A stretch of DNA of 63,878 nt, counting the filler, from Lama guanicoe (lineage: Eukaryota), in assembly GCA_013239625.1 (NCBI GenBank). It is 76 parts of 73 records of this genome, joined end to end, with 100 filler letters (N's around TTAATTAATTAA, not from the genome) between each part and the next. Parts side by side here need not be neighbours in the genome. Positions count along the whole stretch, not along the records: positions 38,292 to 39,283 come from PNXV01017288.1; positions 39,384 to 40,532 come from MU055925.1; positions 40,633 to 40,991 come from MU055926.1; positions 41,092 to 41,293 come from MU055926.1; positions 41,394 to 42,187 come from PNXV01017297.1; positions 42,288 to 43,331 come from MU055927.1; positions 43,432 to 44,343 come from MU055928.1; positions 44,444 to 45,142 come from PNXV01017496.1; 68 more parts are not named here. The stretch is one strand, 5' to 3'. Within the stretch, counting starts at the first letter, position 1. The number at the start of each line of letters is the position of its first letter. The translations under genes were made by a program, and so were the position numbers. The notes beneath the pieces are model-generated. The model saw nothing but the letters and a program-made list of their open reading frames with translations, was not told the DNA's origin and ran no database searches. Of this stretch, positions 38,192-50,796 are shown piece after piece.

Positions 38192-38291
38192 NNNNNNNNN
38201 NNNNNNNNNNNNNNNNNNNNNNNNNNNNNNNNNNNTTAATTAATTAANNNNNNNNNNNNNNNNNNNNNNNNNNNNNNNNNNNNNNNNNNNN

Positions 38292-39283
38292 TCAAAACAG
38301 AGAAATTTGAATATTCAGTACAAAATACAGAATATAGAATACAGAATTCAGAATGTAGATAACATACTATAGAATATAGAATCCAGAATAGAGATACCAG
38401 AATTTAGAACATGGAATGCAGAACACATAATAAAAACTATAGAATGCAAAATACATGATGAAGAACCCAGAATTTAGAACATGGAATTCAGAACACCGAA
38501 TTTAGAATATAAAATACAGAGTACAGAATACAGTATGTAGAATAGAGACTATAGAACACAGAATGTAGAATATAGAATACAGAATGCAGAACCCAGAATT
38601 TGGAACATGGAATGAAGATCACAGAATTAAGTATACAGAATTCAGAATATAGAATGTAGAATATATAATGTAGAACACAGTATATAAAATGCAGACTACA
38701 GAACCCAGAATTGAGAACATGGAATTTAGAACAGAGAATTAATAATATAGAGTTCAGAATACAGAATATATATTGAATACAGAATATATATTGTAAATAT
38801 AGAATGTAGAACCCGGAATTTAGAATATAGAATACAGTATACAGAATATTGAGTGTAGAATACAGAATGAAAAACACAGATCATAGAGTACAGTATACAA
38901 AATATAGAATGTAGAATATAGAATTTAGAAAACAGAATAGAGAAGTTAGAATATAGAATACAGAACCCAGAATTTAGAACACGGAATGCAGAACAGAGAA
39001 TTTATAAAAATAAAAAAGAATACAGAAAATACAATGTAGAATATAGAATGTAGAATAACAATTATAGCATATAGAATACAGAATGCAGGACGCAGTGTTT
39101 TGAACATGGAAATTAGAACACAGAATATAGAATATAGAATACGAAATAGAATGAAGAATAATAGAATGTAGACACAGAAAATAGAATATAGGATACAGAT
39201 TATTGAATGAAGAATACAGAATATAGAACAAAGTATATAGAATAAAGAATTCAGAATACAGAACACAGCATTAAGAACATGGG
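38292..39283 (-). repeat. AT-rich heptamer satellite, diverged TACAGAA-rich variant
   Basis: 7-mer periodicity. Confidence 0.95.
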
Positions 39284-39383
39284 NNNNNNNNNNNNNNNNN
39301 NNNNNNNNNNNNNNNNNNNNNNNNNNNTTAATTAATTAANNNNNNNNNNNNNNNNNNNNNNNNNNNNNNNNNNNNNNNNNNNN

Positions 39384-40532
39384 AAGATTCTTGAATGGGG
39401 TTAGACTTCCCGGGTGTGGGTAGAATTCAAAGCGGTCAGTATTGTCGCTAACACGTGTGTGCCTGCACCCTCTAGGTGACAATCGGGACAAGAGGAAAAC
39501 GCGAAGTCCCCTGACAAGGAGGTACCGTCTCCTTTTGCTGTTTTTCTTCTTCTTTTACTCCCTAACCGTCGAGGGTCCTTAATACGTAAGCGGGTGGACG
39601 CGTCGCCCTGCGTCCTGACGTTTGCCTTTTCCCGTCACCATTCTCGCCTAATGTTTTCTAATCCACAACTGCTGAAGTCGTTCTGGGCTTTCGGTCCCTC
39701 GAGCGCACAGTCCACTTGTGTGAGTTTTCCACACTCGCCTACGGAAAGCGGTGTCTGTGTCTGAATTCTTTGCCTCCAGTACTTTTCCCCGGTAGGTTAG
39801 GCCAAGGGACTGAATGTAGGCGGTTCCCTGTGCGAGTTCGGTGAGGTTTAAGATGTCTCCCGTTTTGTCTTGTGTTTTCGGCACTCCTCGTCTTGGATGA
39901 GTCGACTGTTGTCCCTTACCNNNNNNNNNNNNNNNNNNNNNNNNNNNNNNNNNNNNNNNNNNNNNNNNNNNNNNNNNNNNNNNNNNNNNNNNNNNNNNNN
40001 NNNNNNNNNNNNNNNNNNNNNNNNNNNNNNNNNNNNNNNNNNNNNNNNNNNNNNNNNNNNNNNNNNNNNNNNNNNNNNNNNNNNNNNNNNNNNNNNNNNN
40101 NNNNNNNNNNNNNNNNNNNNNNNNNNNNNNNNNNNNNNNNNNNNNNNNNNNNNNNNNNNNNNNNNNNNNNNNNNNNNNNNNNNNNNNNNNNNNNNNNNNN
40201 NNNNNNNNNNNNNNNGGATCTGTCCTTTGTGTGTATTCCCAGCTTTTGCCAGGATAATGCCTGTGACTTGATAGACACTGTAGATAGCTCCTGCCTCGCT
40301 GACTGATAGACTGAATGGCCCCGTGCATGAGTAGGATGGTTCCTCAAGGTGGGTTTTTGGGTTCTTCCGTTTTGTTGTTACAGGAAGTGGTGCCCGAGCC
40401 AGAAACCGAACGGGAAGACACCCGTCCTGAGACGAACGTAGCTGACGAAGGTGCTCTGGGGGAGCCAACCAAGGATGAGACATTGACGTCTGTGCTCGCA
40501 GCAGGCCAGCCTGACATGTCCGGTAAGTGGGC
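39384..40532 (-). mobile_element. Possible young ERV LTR end and leader region (CpG-rich, gapped)
   Basis: CpG retained, possible LTR terminus ...CTTCCTGTAACA on minus near 40376, and minus-strand donor GGTAAG at about 39915-39920. No clear primer-binding site or ORF. Confidence 0.35.
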
Positions 40533-41091
40533 NNNNNNNNNNNNNNNNNNNNNNNNNNNNNNNNNNNNNNNNNNNNTTAATTAATTAANNNNNNNNNNNN
40601 NNNNNNNNNNNNNNNNNNNNNNNNNNNNNNNNGATAGTGAACTGAACTGTAAAAGTCGCCAATGACATGAAAGACACAGCAATGTGGACATTCTTTCACT
40701 TGAGTCAAACCCCCGGGGGCACTATATCATGTGGTGCAGACTTGGTTGCGTTCAATTGCTTTACCCAACATGATCGGATGATTGAGTGTTCCCATCACTG
40801 ATAGAAGATCACCTGGTTCTCAATAGACTAGCATAACTGCAGCAGGGTTCTCCTAGCTCTAATGCCTCTAGGTCCTTTTGGATTCAAACCTAAATGTATA
40901 TATTTGGTTTCTTTCCTCTTGTATTTTCCTAGAGAGGGATGTTACCCCTTGAAATGCCAACATTGGCCAGTAGGTGTCATTGGGAGTAAAGNNNNNNNNN
41001 NNNNNNNNNNNNNNNNNNNNNNNNNNNNNNNNNNNTTAATTAATTAANNNNNNNNNNNNNNNNNNNNNNNNNNNNNNNNNNNNNNNNNNNN

Positions 41092-41293
41092 GTTTGGTTT
41101 GAGGCACAGGATGCGCAACACCTCTGTGATTGCTTTCGTGAACCCGTGCCACAATGATGAGAGGACAAGGAAGAGTGGTCCAAGACCACAGCATGAGAAG
41201 AGGAAGCATTTCCTTCAGCACTACCTTGCAAAATCAGATGCTATATTTTGGATGGCACCAGCACGGTACGGCACCGAGGACAACAAGGTAGGT
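41092..41293 (+). repeat. Unclassified repeat, second copy at 46163-46258
   Basis: TTTGAGGCACAGGATGC.CAACA.CTCTGTG.TTGC...CCCGTGCCACAA.GATGAGAGGACAAGGAAGAGTGGTCCAAG occurs in both scaffolds. Confidence 0.8.
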
Positions 41294-41393
41294 NNNNNNN
41301 NNNNNNNNNNNNNNNNNNNNNNNNNNNNNNNNNNNNNTTAATTAATTAANNNNNNNNNNNNNNNNNNNNNNNNNNNNNNNNNNNNNNNNNNNN

Positions 41394-42187
41394 ATGCATT
41401 AGCCAGGTCAACCACATAGTGACAAGTACCCAGTTCATGGGATAATCGGTCCATCAAAGGTTATATTCGGCACAGCTGCATGCAGGGGGGGAGTGACTTT
41501 ATTCAATTCCCGATAGTCCACTGTCATCCTCCAGGAGCCATCTGGCTTCCGCACCGGCCATACTGGAGAGTTATGTGGGCTATGTGTAGCCCGAATTATG
41601 CCGGCTTCCTCAAGCTTCAGAATAGTCTGTCCTATTTCCTCATGGCCTCTGGGCAATTGATATTGCTGGACATTCACCACTCGTGTGGCCTGTGGCAAAA
41701 TCAAAGGTGCGTGATGAGGGTGTCCCCGTATAACTGTTTTCACCATGAACTCTCAGGTGAAATTCCCCTTGAGTCATCTGTATTTGCAATCCTTGCAAAA
41801 TGTCTATCCCCAGAACGTACTCAGCTACTGGAATGCAGTTCATACACAGCAGGGGGCAGATGGCTAATGCCCCAAATCAGAGTCACTCATTAAACACACA
41901 TTTGCTTGTTTCCATATCCTTCTATATCAACCCATGGTCCCTGAAAACACTCTGGATTTCCATGCATCAATGTAATTTCAGCTCCTGTGTCTACTAGTGC
42001 CAGCACTTGCTGCTTATTCATGGGGGGCCAGTGGATAGTCAGTTCAACATGTGGCCTCTGGCCATCGGGGTGCCCCATGTCCTGAACACCTTGGCCTTCC
42101 TCCTAGTCCGGGAGGAAATCACCAAAGGCCACCTCTCGGGCCCGATGGGAGGTTGGCAATGGAGTATATTGCTGCTCAGGCCGTAAT
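41394..42187 (-). mobile_element. pol: Class III endogenous retrovirus (ERV-L/ERV-S-like) protease and N-terminal reverse transcriptase, frameshifted
   Basis: QRPHVELTIHW...LALVDTGAE (aspartic protease), EYVLGIDIL, SPHNSPVWPVRKPDGSWRMTVDYRELNKVTP and YVVDLANA are spread over different frames, with stops. Confidence 0.93.
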
Positions 42188-43559
42188 NNNNNNNNNNNNN
42201 NNNNNNNNNNNNNNNNNNNNNNNNNNNNNNNTTAATTAATTAANNNNNNNNNNNNNNNNNNNNNNNNNNNNNNNNNNNNNNNNNNNNAAATCTTATCTTT
42301 CAGAGGTCATTGCACAGATGAAATAGGAGAATAGCTATGAATCACTCTGTAAACACTAAATACAATACAAACAATATTAGTACTGATTCTATGTCACATT
42401 CATCAAAAAAGGAAAACAGAACAGTTTTTTACCAGAAGGAGAAGGTGCTTTGCAATTTTCTGTCANNNNNNNNNNNNNNNNNNNNNNNNNNNNNNNNNNN
42501 NNNNNNNNNNNNNNNNNNNNNNNNNNNNNNNATTAGGGACTAATTTTAATTCCTTCATCTTCCCTTGTTTAACAGATATCAAGAATGATACCATTTCTAG
42601 ACATTTTATCTAGGAAAGCCTTTTGTATACACGAGGCCCAGAGCACAACAAATTGTCAGTATCATTCAGGATAGGAAACCCATGTTTGATACCCGAACTT
42701 GAAGACATGAAGAAGATGCCTGACTTGTCCCACTGACCTTTCAAGCTATTATTTTGAAAACAGTTGTTTCTTCTTGTTCCAGAACAGACAGGCATTTGTG
42801 ATGTGAGGCTGTTTAAATTGAAAAGGTCACCCNNNNNNNNNNNNNNNNNNNNNNNNNNNNNNNNNNNNNNNNNNNNNNNNNNNNNNNNNNNNNNNNNNNN
42901 NNNNNNNNNNNNNNNNNNNNNNNNNNNNNNNNNNNNNNNNNNNNNNNNNNNNNNNNNNNNNNNNNNNNNNNNNNNNNNNNNNNNNNNNNNNNNNNNNNNN
43001 NNNNNNNNNNNNNNNNNNNNNNNNNNNNNNNNNNNNNNNNNNNNNNNNNNNNNNNNNNNNNNNNNNNNNNNNNNNNNNNNNNNNNNNNNNNNNNNNNNNN
43101 NNNNNNTCCTTGGCACCACTTCATCACTTCTCAAGAGCCGTGGGCAATACCTTGAGAAAGGCAGCAATATGTTACCCAACTCATCAAAAAGCTGCGCCTC
43201 CTACTAATTCACAGTGTCATCTGGCTCAACAGATCTCCCTGTGTCTCTACAGTATACGTCTAATTTTTCTTTATTTTCTCGTTTGGGGGACACTCCTTTT
43301 TTGAAAATCCTCCTCCCTGCAGTAGAAGTTCNNNNNNNNNNNNNNNNNNNNNNNNNNNNNNNNNNNNNNNNNNNNTTAATTAATTAANNNNNNNNNNNNN
43401 NNNNNNNNNNNNNNNNNNNNNNNNNNNNNNNAGTCTCTGAACCTGCCTCTGATTTGGGATTTTCTCTTCTTAAAGATTTTCCAGAGATTCTTTTCTTTTT
43501 TTAAAGGAATTTTTATTGAGAGCAAGAGCCATAGGACTATTTCTTAGTGTTTCTGGAAG

Positions 43560-43692
43560 ATTTTTTTTTTTTTACCTTTTTTATTGAAGATTTTTTTAAA
43601 AATTTTTATAGTCAGTTTACTATGTTGTGTCAATTTCTGGTATACAGCACAATGCTTCAGTCATATGTGAGCATACATATATTCGTTTTCAT
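43560..43692 (-). mobile_element. LINE-1 3' terminal fragment with poly(A) tail
   Basis: T-run then ATAGTCAGTTTAC.ATGTTGTGTCAATTTCTGGTATACAGCACAATG. Confidence 0.8.
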
Positions 43693-43879
43693 TAGAGATT
43701 CTTGAGACAACCCTAAACCTTCTCAAAACCATATAGCAAAATCCTGTTAACTTCGATCCTAGATTTCATAACTTATACCCACTGCAAGTTCTGAGGAGTT
43801 GGTGTGTAGGAAAATGGCTCCTGTCTCTTTGAGAAATGATAATTTGTATATCTGTGAATAACAATAATTATTCTTTGTA

Positions 43880-44000
43880 GACTAGTACTACATGCTAGAT
43901 GCTTTACACATATTATTTTTAATCCTCCCAACAACCATGTGAGGTAGGTGTCAGTCTACTTGATGGGGCTGCTGGGGCCAAGAGAGGTTTGTAACAGGCC
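43880..44000 (-). mobile_element. MIR SINE fragment
   Basis: TGCTTTACACAT...TTTAATCCTCCCAACAACCATGTGAGGTAGG. Confidence 0.6.
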
Positions 44001-44229
44001 CACTTCTGTACAGCTCGCTAGGGAATGCTTTGGCTCCAAATTTCCGGGGCCCCTCTCCCCCTTTCCTTTGGGCCTTACTTCTCACTTGGCCCATTGTTGT
44101 GTTGCATTGAAGCACAGCAGGCTTTGAGTCTGTTTTATTTTTTTTTCTTTTTATGAAAACATAAAAAATTTTAATTCCTGTGGAAGATTTTTGCTCTTGA
44201 TACATGTTCTTTTTTTTAAACATTTTTTT

Positions 44230-44343
44230 AAACTTTTTTTATTGCGTTATAGTCATTTTACAAAGTTGTATCAAATTCCAGTGTAGAGCATAATTTTTCA
44301 GTTATACATGAACCATATACGTTATTTATCACATTTTTTTTTT
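44230..44343 (-). mobile_element. LINE-1 3' terminal fragment
   Basis: TTTTTATTGCGTTATAGTCATTTTACAAAGTTGTATCAAATTCCAGTGTAGAGCATAATTTTTCAG. Confidence 0.8.
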
Positions 44344-44443
44344 NNNNNNNNNNNNNNNNNNNNNNNNNNNNNNNNNNNNNNNNNNNNTTAATTAATTAAN
44401 NNNNNNNNNNNNNNNNNNNNNNNNNNNNNNNNNNNNNNNNNNN

Positions 44444-45142
44444 AAAACAGAATACAGAAACGAGAATTTAGAACATGGAATGCACAACACAGTGTTTAGG
44501 ATATAGAATACAGAATACTGAATATAAAATTTTGAATATAGAATGTAGAACACAGAATAGGGAATGTAGAATATGGAATGCAGAATATTGAATACAGAAT
44601 ATAGAATGTAGATCACAGAATATAGAATATGGAAAACAGAATAAAGAACCCAGAATTTAGAACATGGAATGCAGAACACTGAATTTAGAAAATACATACA
44701 ACTTAAAATAGAATTTAGAATATAGAATGTAGAACACACAATTTAGAATATAGAACACAGAATGCTGAATATAGTATTCAGAATATCGAATGTTGAACAC
44801 ATATTATAAAAAATTGAATACAGAATATACAAACCAGAATTTAGAATATGGAATGCAGAACACAGAATTTAGAATATATAATACCGAATATTGAATATAG
44901 AATATGAATATACAATGTAGAAAACAGAATTTAGAATATAGAATACAGAATACTGAATATAGAATTTAGAATATAAAATATAGAACACAGAATATAGAAT
45001 ATAGAATACGGAATGCAGAATTTAGAATACAGAATATAGAATGTAGAATACAGAATATACAATATGGGAAACAGAATACAAAACCCAGAATTCAGAACAT
45101 GGAATGCAGAACAGAGAATTTAGAATATAGAAAACAGAATAC
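44444..45142 (-). repeat. AT-rich heptamer satellite
   Basis: (TATAGAA)n variants. Confidence 0.96.
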
Positions 45143-45242
45143 NNNNNNNNNNNNNNNNNNNNNNNNNNNNNNNNNNNNNNNNNNNNTTAATTAATTAANN
45201 NNNNNNNNNNNNNNNNNNNNNNNNNNNNNNNNNNNNNNNNNN

Positions 45243-46869
45243 ACTTTTTAAAGACTGCAAATGAGATATCAACACAATGTCAAAAATGTAGGGTTCGGAC
45301 AATCCCTCCCTACCACGGCTGTATAGAAACAAAGAGCTAAACAAAAATCACATTTCTATGCAGTGTATCTGGAAAGTGTTGATTCATCGATGCCCAGTTG
45401 GCAGAGAAACAGTGCAACCTGCGCTCACACGCTCCCATGTACAAAGCAATGGAAACATCCACTCACACAGCCCTTGGCACAGGACACTTGCCGAAGAGAG
45501 GTCTGNNNNNNNNNNNNNNNNNNNNNNNNNNNNNNNNNNNNNNNNNNNNNNNNNNNNNNNNNNNNNNNNNNNNNNNNNNNNNNNNNNNNNNNNNNNNNNN
45601 NNNNNNNNNNNNNNNNNNNNNNNNNNNNNNNNNNNNNNNNNNNNNNNNNNNNNNNNNNNNNNNNNNNNNNNNNNNNNNNNNNNNNNNNNNNNNNNNNNNN
45701 NNNNNNNNNNNNNNNNNNNNNNNNNNNNNNNNNNNNNNNNNNNNNNNNNNNNNNNNNNNNNNNNNNNNNNNNNNNNNNNNNNNNNNNNNNNNNNNNNNNN
45801 NNNNNNNNNNNNNNNNNNNNNNNNNNNNNNNNNNNNNNNNNNNNNNNNNNNNNNNNNNNNNNNNNNNNNNNAGTGCGTTGTGGGATGTGGTGGGTCCTAT
45901 CAAGAGAGCAAACCGACCCGTGACCCCAATGAGAAAGCAACCACACTGGCGCGCGCGGTTGAGATTACCGATATGTCCCATGGCCACACCCAGTGCATCT
46001 GCAGGACCAGAGACCAATTGGACATTTTGCCAAAAGAGCATGTGTGGGGCTGAATCAGACATATCGTGCATCGGGTCTGAGGGATCCAGGGGGCCTTGGG
46101 TTAGAAATCAGAATGAAAAGCCTTAGGATCTTCTTCATTCATAACCTGGGCTAGGATTATGGATTTGTTTGAGGCACAGGATGCACAACAACTCTGTGGT
46201 TGCCTCCGTGCACCCGTGCCACAAGGATGAGAGGACAAGGAAGAGTGGTCCAAGTCCANNNNNNNNNNNNNNNNNNNNNNNNNNNNNNNNNNNNNNNNNN
46301 NNNNNNNNNNNNNNNNNNNNNNNNNNNNNNNNNNNNNNNNNNNNNNNNNNNNNNNNNNNNNNNNNNNNNNNNNNNNNNNNNNNNNNNNNNNNNNNNNNNN
46401 NNNNNNNNNNNNNNNNNNNNNNNNNNNNNNNNNNNNNNNNNNNNNNNNNNNNNNNNNNNNNNNNNNNNNNNNNNNNNNNNNNNNNNNNNNNNNNNNNNNN
46501 NNNNNNNNNNNNNNNNNNNNNNNNNNNNNNNNNNNNNNNNNNNNNNNNNNNNNNNNNNNNNNNNNNNNNNNNNNNNNNNNNNNNNNNNNNNNNNNNNNNN
46601 NNNNNNNNNNNNNGTAATGAAAATGAGGTTATGCTAATCGAAATAGTATGGGGTGTTCATCACAACAAAGGCAACACAAGTAATTGGAGAAATACCAGAC
46701 AACACACTCAGGAACAGGACATGGCATCAATGTCTAGCAGAAATTGTCCTCGCAGAAATCCCATGGAATTGCGTAGAGCCAAGCGTCTAAAATTTCTCTT
46801 AACAAAACCCTAGAAGTCTGCATTAGATACCTGAAATTACCTGACCCGTAGAGATGAAGAAGTACAGTA
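45243..46869 (+). repeat. Scaffold carrying the unclassified repeat shared with 41092-41293 (gapped)
   Basis: 46163-46258 aligns with 41092-41187; the rest is not recognised. Confidence 0.55.
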
Positions 46870-48924
46870 NNNNNNNNNNNNNNNNNNNNNNNNNNNNNNN
46901 NNNNNNNNNNNNNTTAATTAATTAANNNNNNNNNNNNNNNNNNNNNNNNNNNNNNNNNNNNNNNNNNNNCATGAGGCCAGTAGTCCCCCCAAACTAAGCC
47001 CTCAGGACAAAGATCCAGTCATCCCTACAGTGTCACCATAGAGCCAGTCCATCCTCATCACTGTGCCTCTGTGCTCCTTTGTCCTGGGGCCTCTCTTCCC
47101 CCTACACCCAGAAGACTCTTCTCCCTCTCTTCTCTGAGTGTCCCCTCACTTCACCCGTGGTCCCTGCTTCATGGGTAACCATCTCTGGAGTTGATGCACC
47201 CCGTTTGATCAGGAGCCTGGGTTGACCTCCATGTGCTCACTTTCCACCTTCAGATCACTGCTCCTCCTCTCTTGGGAGCACTTGGAAAACCGAGATCCCT
47301 TCCTAGCAGTGCCTGCCACCCTGGCCTCCCTGCTCATCTGCCTCAGTCAAGAGCACCTGGACCACCAGCTCTGTATTGCCTCACCTCCTACTATCAAGAC
47401 ATCAAAGTTGATTCTCCCTCCACCACCCAGTATGGTCATTTTAGNNNNNNNNNNNNNNNNNNNNNNNNNNNNNNNNNNNNNNNNNNNNTTAATTAATTAA
47501 NNNNNNNNNNNNNNNNNNNNNNNNNNNNNNNNNNNNNNNNNNNNGAGTCTCAGGCTCTTTTGGTGGAGGATGGGAAAGAGGAAAGGAAAGGAGCAAAGAA
47601 GCAAATGAAGCAAAGCTGTAAGAGTACTGCTAGGGAAAGGCAAGACATTATTTTTGTTCCTACTTGCATCACACACAAATTACGGACTGGCTTTCCCCCA
47701 TGTCTTGTCAAGCACTGAGTTGCAGAAGAACAGGCAACAGCCCTTTTCTCACTGAGCTTGTGACTGTACGTGACATCTTATAGACACAAATTANNNNNNN
47801 NNNNNNNNNNNNNNNNNNNNNNNNNNNNNNNNNNNNNNNNNNNNNNNNNNNNNNNNNNNNNNNNNNNNNNNNNNNNNNNNNNNNNNNNNNNNNNNNNNNN
47901 NNNNNNNNNNNNNNNNNNNNNNNNNNNNNNNNNNNNNNNNNNNNNNNNNNNNNNNNNNNNNNNNNNNNNNNNNNNNNNNNNNNNNNNNNNNNNNNNNNNN
48001 NNNNNNNNNNNNNNNNNNNNNNNNNNNNNNNNNNNNNNNNNNNNNNNNNNNNNNNNNNNGCTCTGTGCAGCCAATAACCTCCATTCGACCTTGATCATCT
48101 ACCTGCCACGCCCACCAGGCTTCACCATACAGGCAGGAAAGCTGGCTTTCAAGTGCATACAAAGCCACCCCTGGTCTAACCTGGACTCTTCAGCAGCTAT
48201 TCCAGCATAAAGGTAGCCATGAAAGTGCTCACAGTTTGTACATGAGCCACACTACCTCTCTCCNNNNNNNNNNNNNNNNNNNNNNNNNNNNNNNNNNNNN
48301 NNNNNNNTTAATTAATTAANNNNNNNNNNNNNNNNNNNNNNNNNNNNNNNNNNNNNNNNNNNNAGACATGAGGCCTAGGAGAGATTTGCTGCCGATTGCC
48401 AGGAGGACAGATTCCATGTCACAGTTTCCCCTCCTGTAAAATAAAGTGGCTGGACTGTATTCTTTCCTTTTCTAAGATGAGTTTCCATGAGCCTATGTCT
48501 TCTGTTTATATTCAGGAGTATTAGCAATATGAGATTAAATACTGAACACCCCACCCTTCCCCNNNNNNNNNNNNNNNNNNNNNNNNNNNNNNNNNNNNNN
48601 NNNNNNNNNNNNNNNNNNNNNNNCAATTTTTGTATGTTTTCCGGCAACCTGGAAGGTCATTTTAGCCATAGGTGGCGCTGTTGCACATTCTTACAGTCTT
48701 AATTTACCTATTTGTAATAGAAGGTTTAAACAAAGTTATTTTATTTTGATTTCTTTGCTTAATGCTTCAGAATAACACAATGTCCATTACATCTGTCTTC
48801 CTCGAAAAATTATTCTGCTTATATNNNNNNNNNNNNNNNNNNNNNNNNNNNNNNNNNNNNNNNNNNNNTTAATTAATTAANNNNNNNNNNNNNNNNNNNN
48901 NNNNNNNNNNNNNNNNNNNNNNNN

Positions 48925-49049
48925 TGTCATCTGCATATAGTGACACTTTTACCTCTTCTTTTCCAATTTGAATACCTTTTATTTCCCTTTCTTGCCTGAT
49001 TGCTGTGGCTAGGACTTCCAAGACTATGTTGAATAGGAGTGGTGATAGT
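48925..49049 (-). mobile_element. LINE-1 ORF2 RT fragment
   Basis: TGTCATCTGCATATAGTGAC...GCTAGGACTTCCAAGACTATGTTGAATAGGAGTGGTG ([14 protein letters not shown]...YADD). Confidence 0.92.
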
Positions 49050-49310
49050 TAAAGCTGCTTTTTATCTTAAAGATATAGCAAATTAGAAAATATGGCCTAA
49101 CTTCAGGCTGTCGTGTTCATAGCATGACCCGTTTGGAATGTTCTTGCTGCTTTGCACCACTTAATTTCTCATAGGCCAATCAGGCCCTGGTGGAAGGTCA
49201 CAGAGTTACACAGGCTTAAGGGAAGGTCCAAGACAGTTTCAGTGACTTGGGCCAGGAGGCCTGGGAGGTTCATGTGCTTAAAAAGTGTCTTAGATACTGA
49301 TATATTCAGG

Positions 49311-49436
49311 TTTTGGTGGGGAGGTGAGGGGTGGTAATTGGGCTTATTTATTTATTTGTAATGGAGGTACTGGGGATTGAACCCAGGACCTCATACATGC
49401 TAAGCACACACTCTACCACTGAGCTATACCTTCCCC
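49311..49436 (-). mobile_element. Vic-1-type (camelid) tRNA-derived SINE
   Basis: Minus strand reads GGGGAAGGTATAGCTCAGTGGTAGAG (A box)...GGTCCTGGGTTCAATCCCC (B box)AGTACCTCCATT + (AAAT)n + AATTACC tail. Possible decayed TSD ACTG...TATTCAG on both sides. Confidence 0.88.
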
Positions 49437-49910
49437 ACTGCCGTATTCAGTTTTACGCCCATATTGAAACTCAATTTGTAGATCTTTGGAAGAGTACTTT
49501 GCTGAAGTCCTCTTGGTAATTTCTAGATTTCTAGAAGTGCTTGTATCGTATAGAGAGCACAGTCTTTGACTCAGAGGTCCAGCTGAGGTTCCAGAAGTAA
49601 GGCTCCAGCGTAAAGGTCTGAAAGTTCCTTTTGGTAGGTGATTGCCACTTGTGTGTTTGATGTTGTCTAGCATAGCTCGTCGATATCTGCTCTTTTTTTT
49701 TTTTTTAACTTAGGAACTACTTAAGGCAGAAGAGTTAAAAATTTAAGTCTTACAGATACTCTGCTCTCAGAAGAACATGCCAATTTTTTATTCTTCTACA
49801 ATTAAACAAGNNNNNNNNNNNNNNNNNNNNNNNNNNNNNNNNNNNNNNNNNNNNTTAATTAATTAANNNNNNNNNNNNNNNNNNNNNNNNNNNNNNNNNN
49901 NNNNNNNNNN

Positions 49911-50696
49911 CTCTATTGTATTTAATTCCTCTCTGACCTTTATTATTTTCTTCATTCTGCTCCTTTTTGTTCTTGTTTTCCTAATTGATTCAGGTGGTGG
50001 GTTAACTTGTTTATTTGAGATTGTTCTTCTTTTTTAAGGAAGGCCTGTATTGCTATAAACTTCACTCTTAGCACTGCCTTTGCTGTGTCCCATAGGTTTT
50101 GAGTGGTTGTGTTTCATTATCATTTGTCTCAANNNNNNNNNNNNNNNNNNNNNNNNNNNNNNNNNNNNNNNNNNNNNNNNNNNNNNNNNNNNNNNNNNNN
50201 NNNNNNNNNNNNNNNNNNNNNNNNNNNNNNNNNNNNNNNNNNNNNNNNNNNNNNNNNNNNNNNNNNNNNNNNNNNNNNNNNNNNNNNNNNNNNNNNNNNN
50301 NNNNNNNNNNNNNNNNNNNNNNNNNNNNNNNNNNNNNNNNNNNNNNNNNNNNNNNNNNNNNNNNNNNNNNNNNNNNNNNNNNNNNNNNNNNNNNNNNNNN
50401 NNNNNNNNNNNNNNNNNNNNNNNNNNNNNNNNNNNNNNNNNNNNNNNNNNNNNNNNNNNNNNNNNNNNNNNNNNNNNNNCTGTCTGGAAGTCTAGTGATG
50501 TTAATGCAGTGTTAAAATCTCCAACTATGATTGTATTCCCATCAATATCCCCCTTTATCTCTGTTAGTAATTCTTGTATGTACTTAGGTGCTCCTATATT
50601 GGGTGCATTTATATTAACGTGTGTAATATCTTCATCTTTTATCACTCTAATCATTATTAAATGTCCTTCTTTATCTTTCTTTATGGCCTTTGTTTT
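49911..50696 (-). mobile_element. LINE-1 ORF2 endonuclease domain fragment (gapped)
   Basis: NINAPNIGAPKYIQELL...IIVGDFNTALTSLD. Confidence 0.93.
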
Positions 50697-50796
50697 NNNN
50701 NNNNNNNNNNNNNNNNNNNNNNNNNNNNNNNNNNNNNNNNTTAATTAATTAANNNNNNNNNNNNNNNNNNNNNNNNNNNNNNNNNNNNNNNNNNNN

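Noticed and set aside
49365..49436. tRNA-like gene with A and B boxes
   Set aside because: It has a SINE tail with (AAAT)n, so it is a tRNA-derived SINE rather than a tRNA gene.
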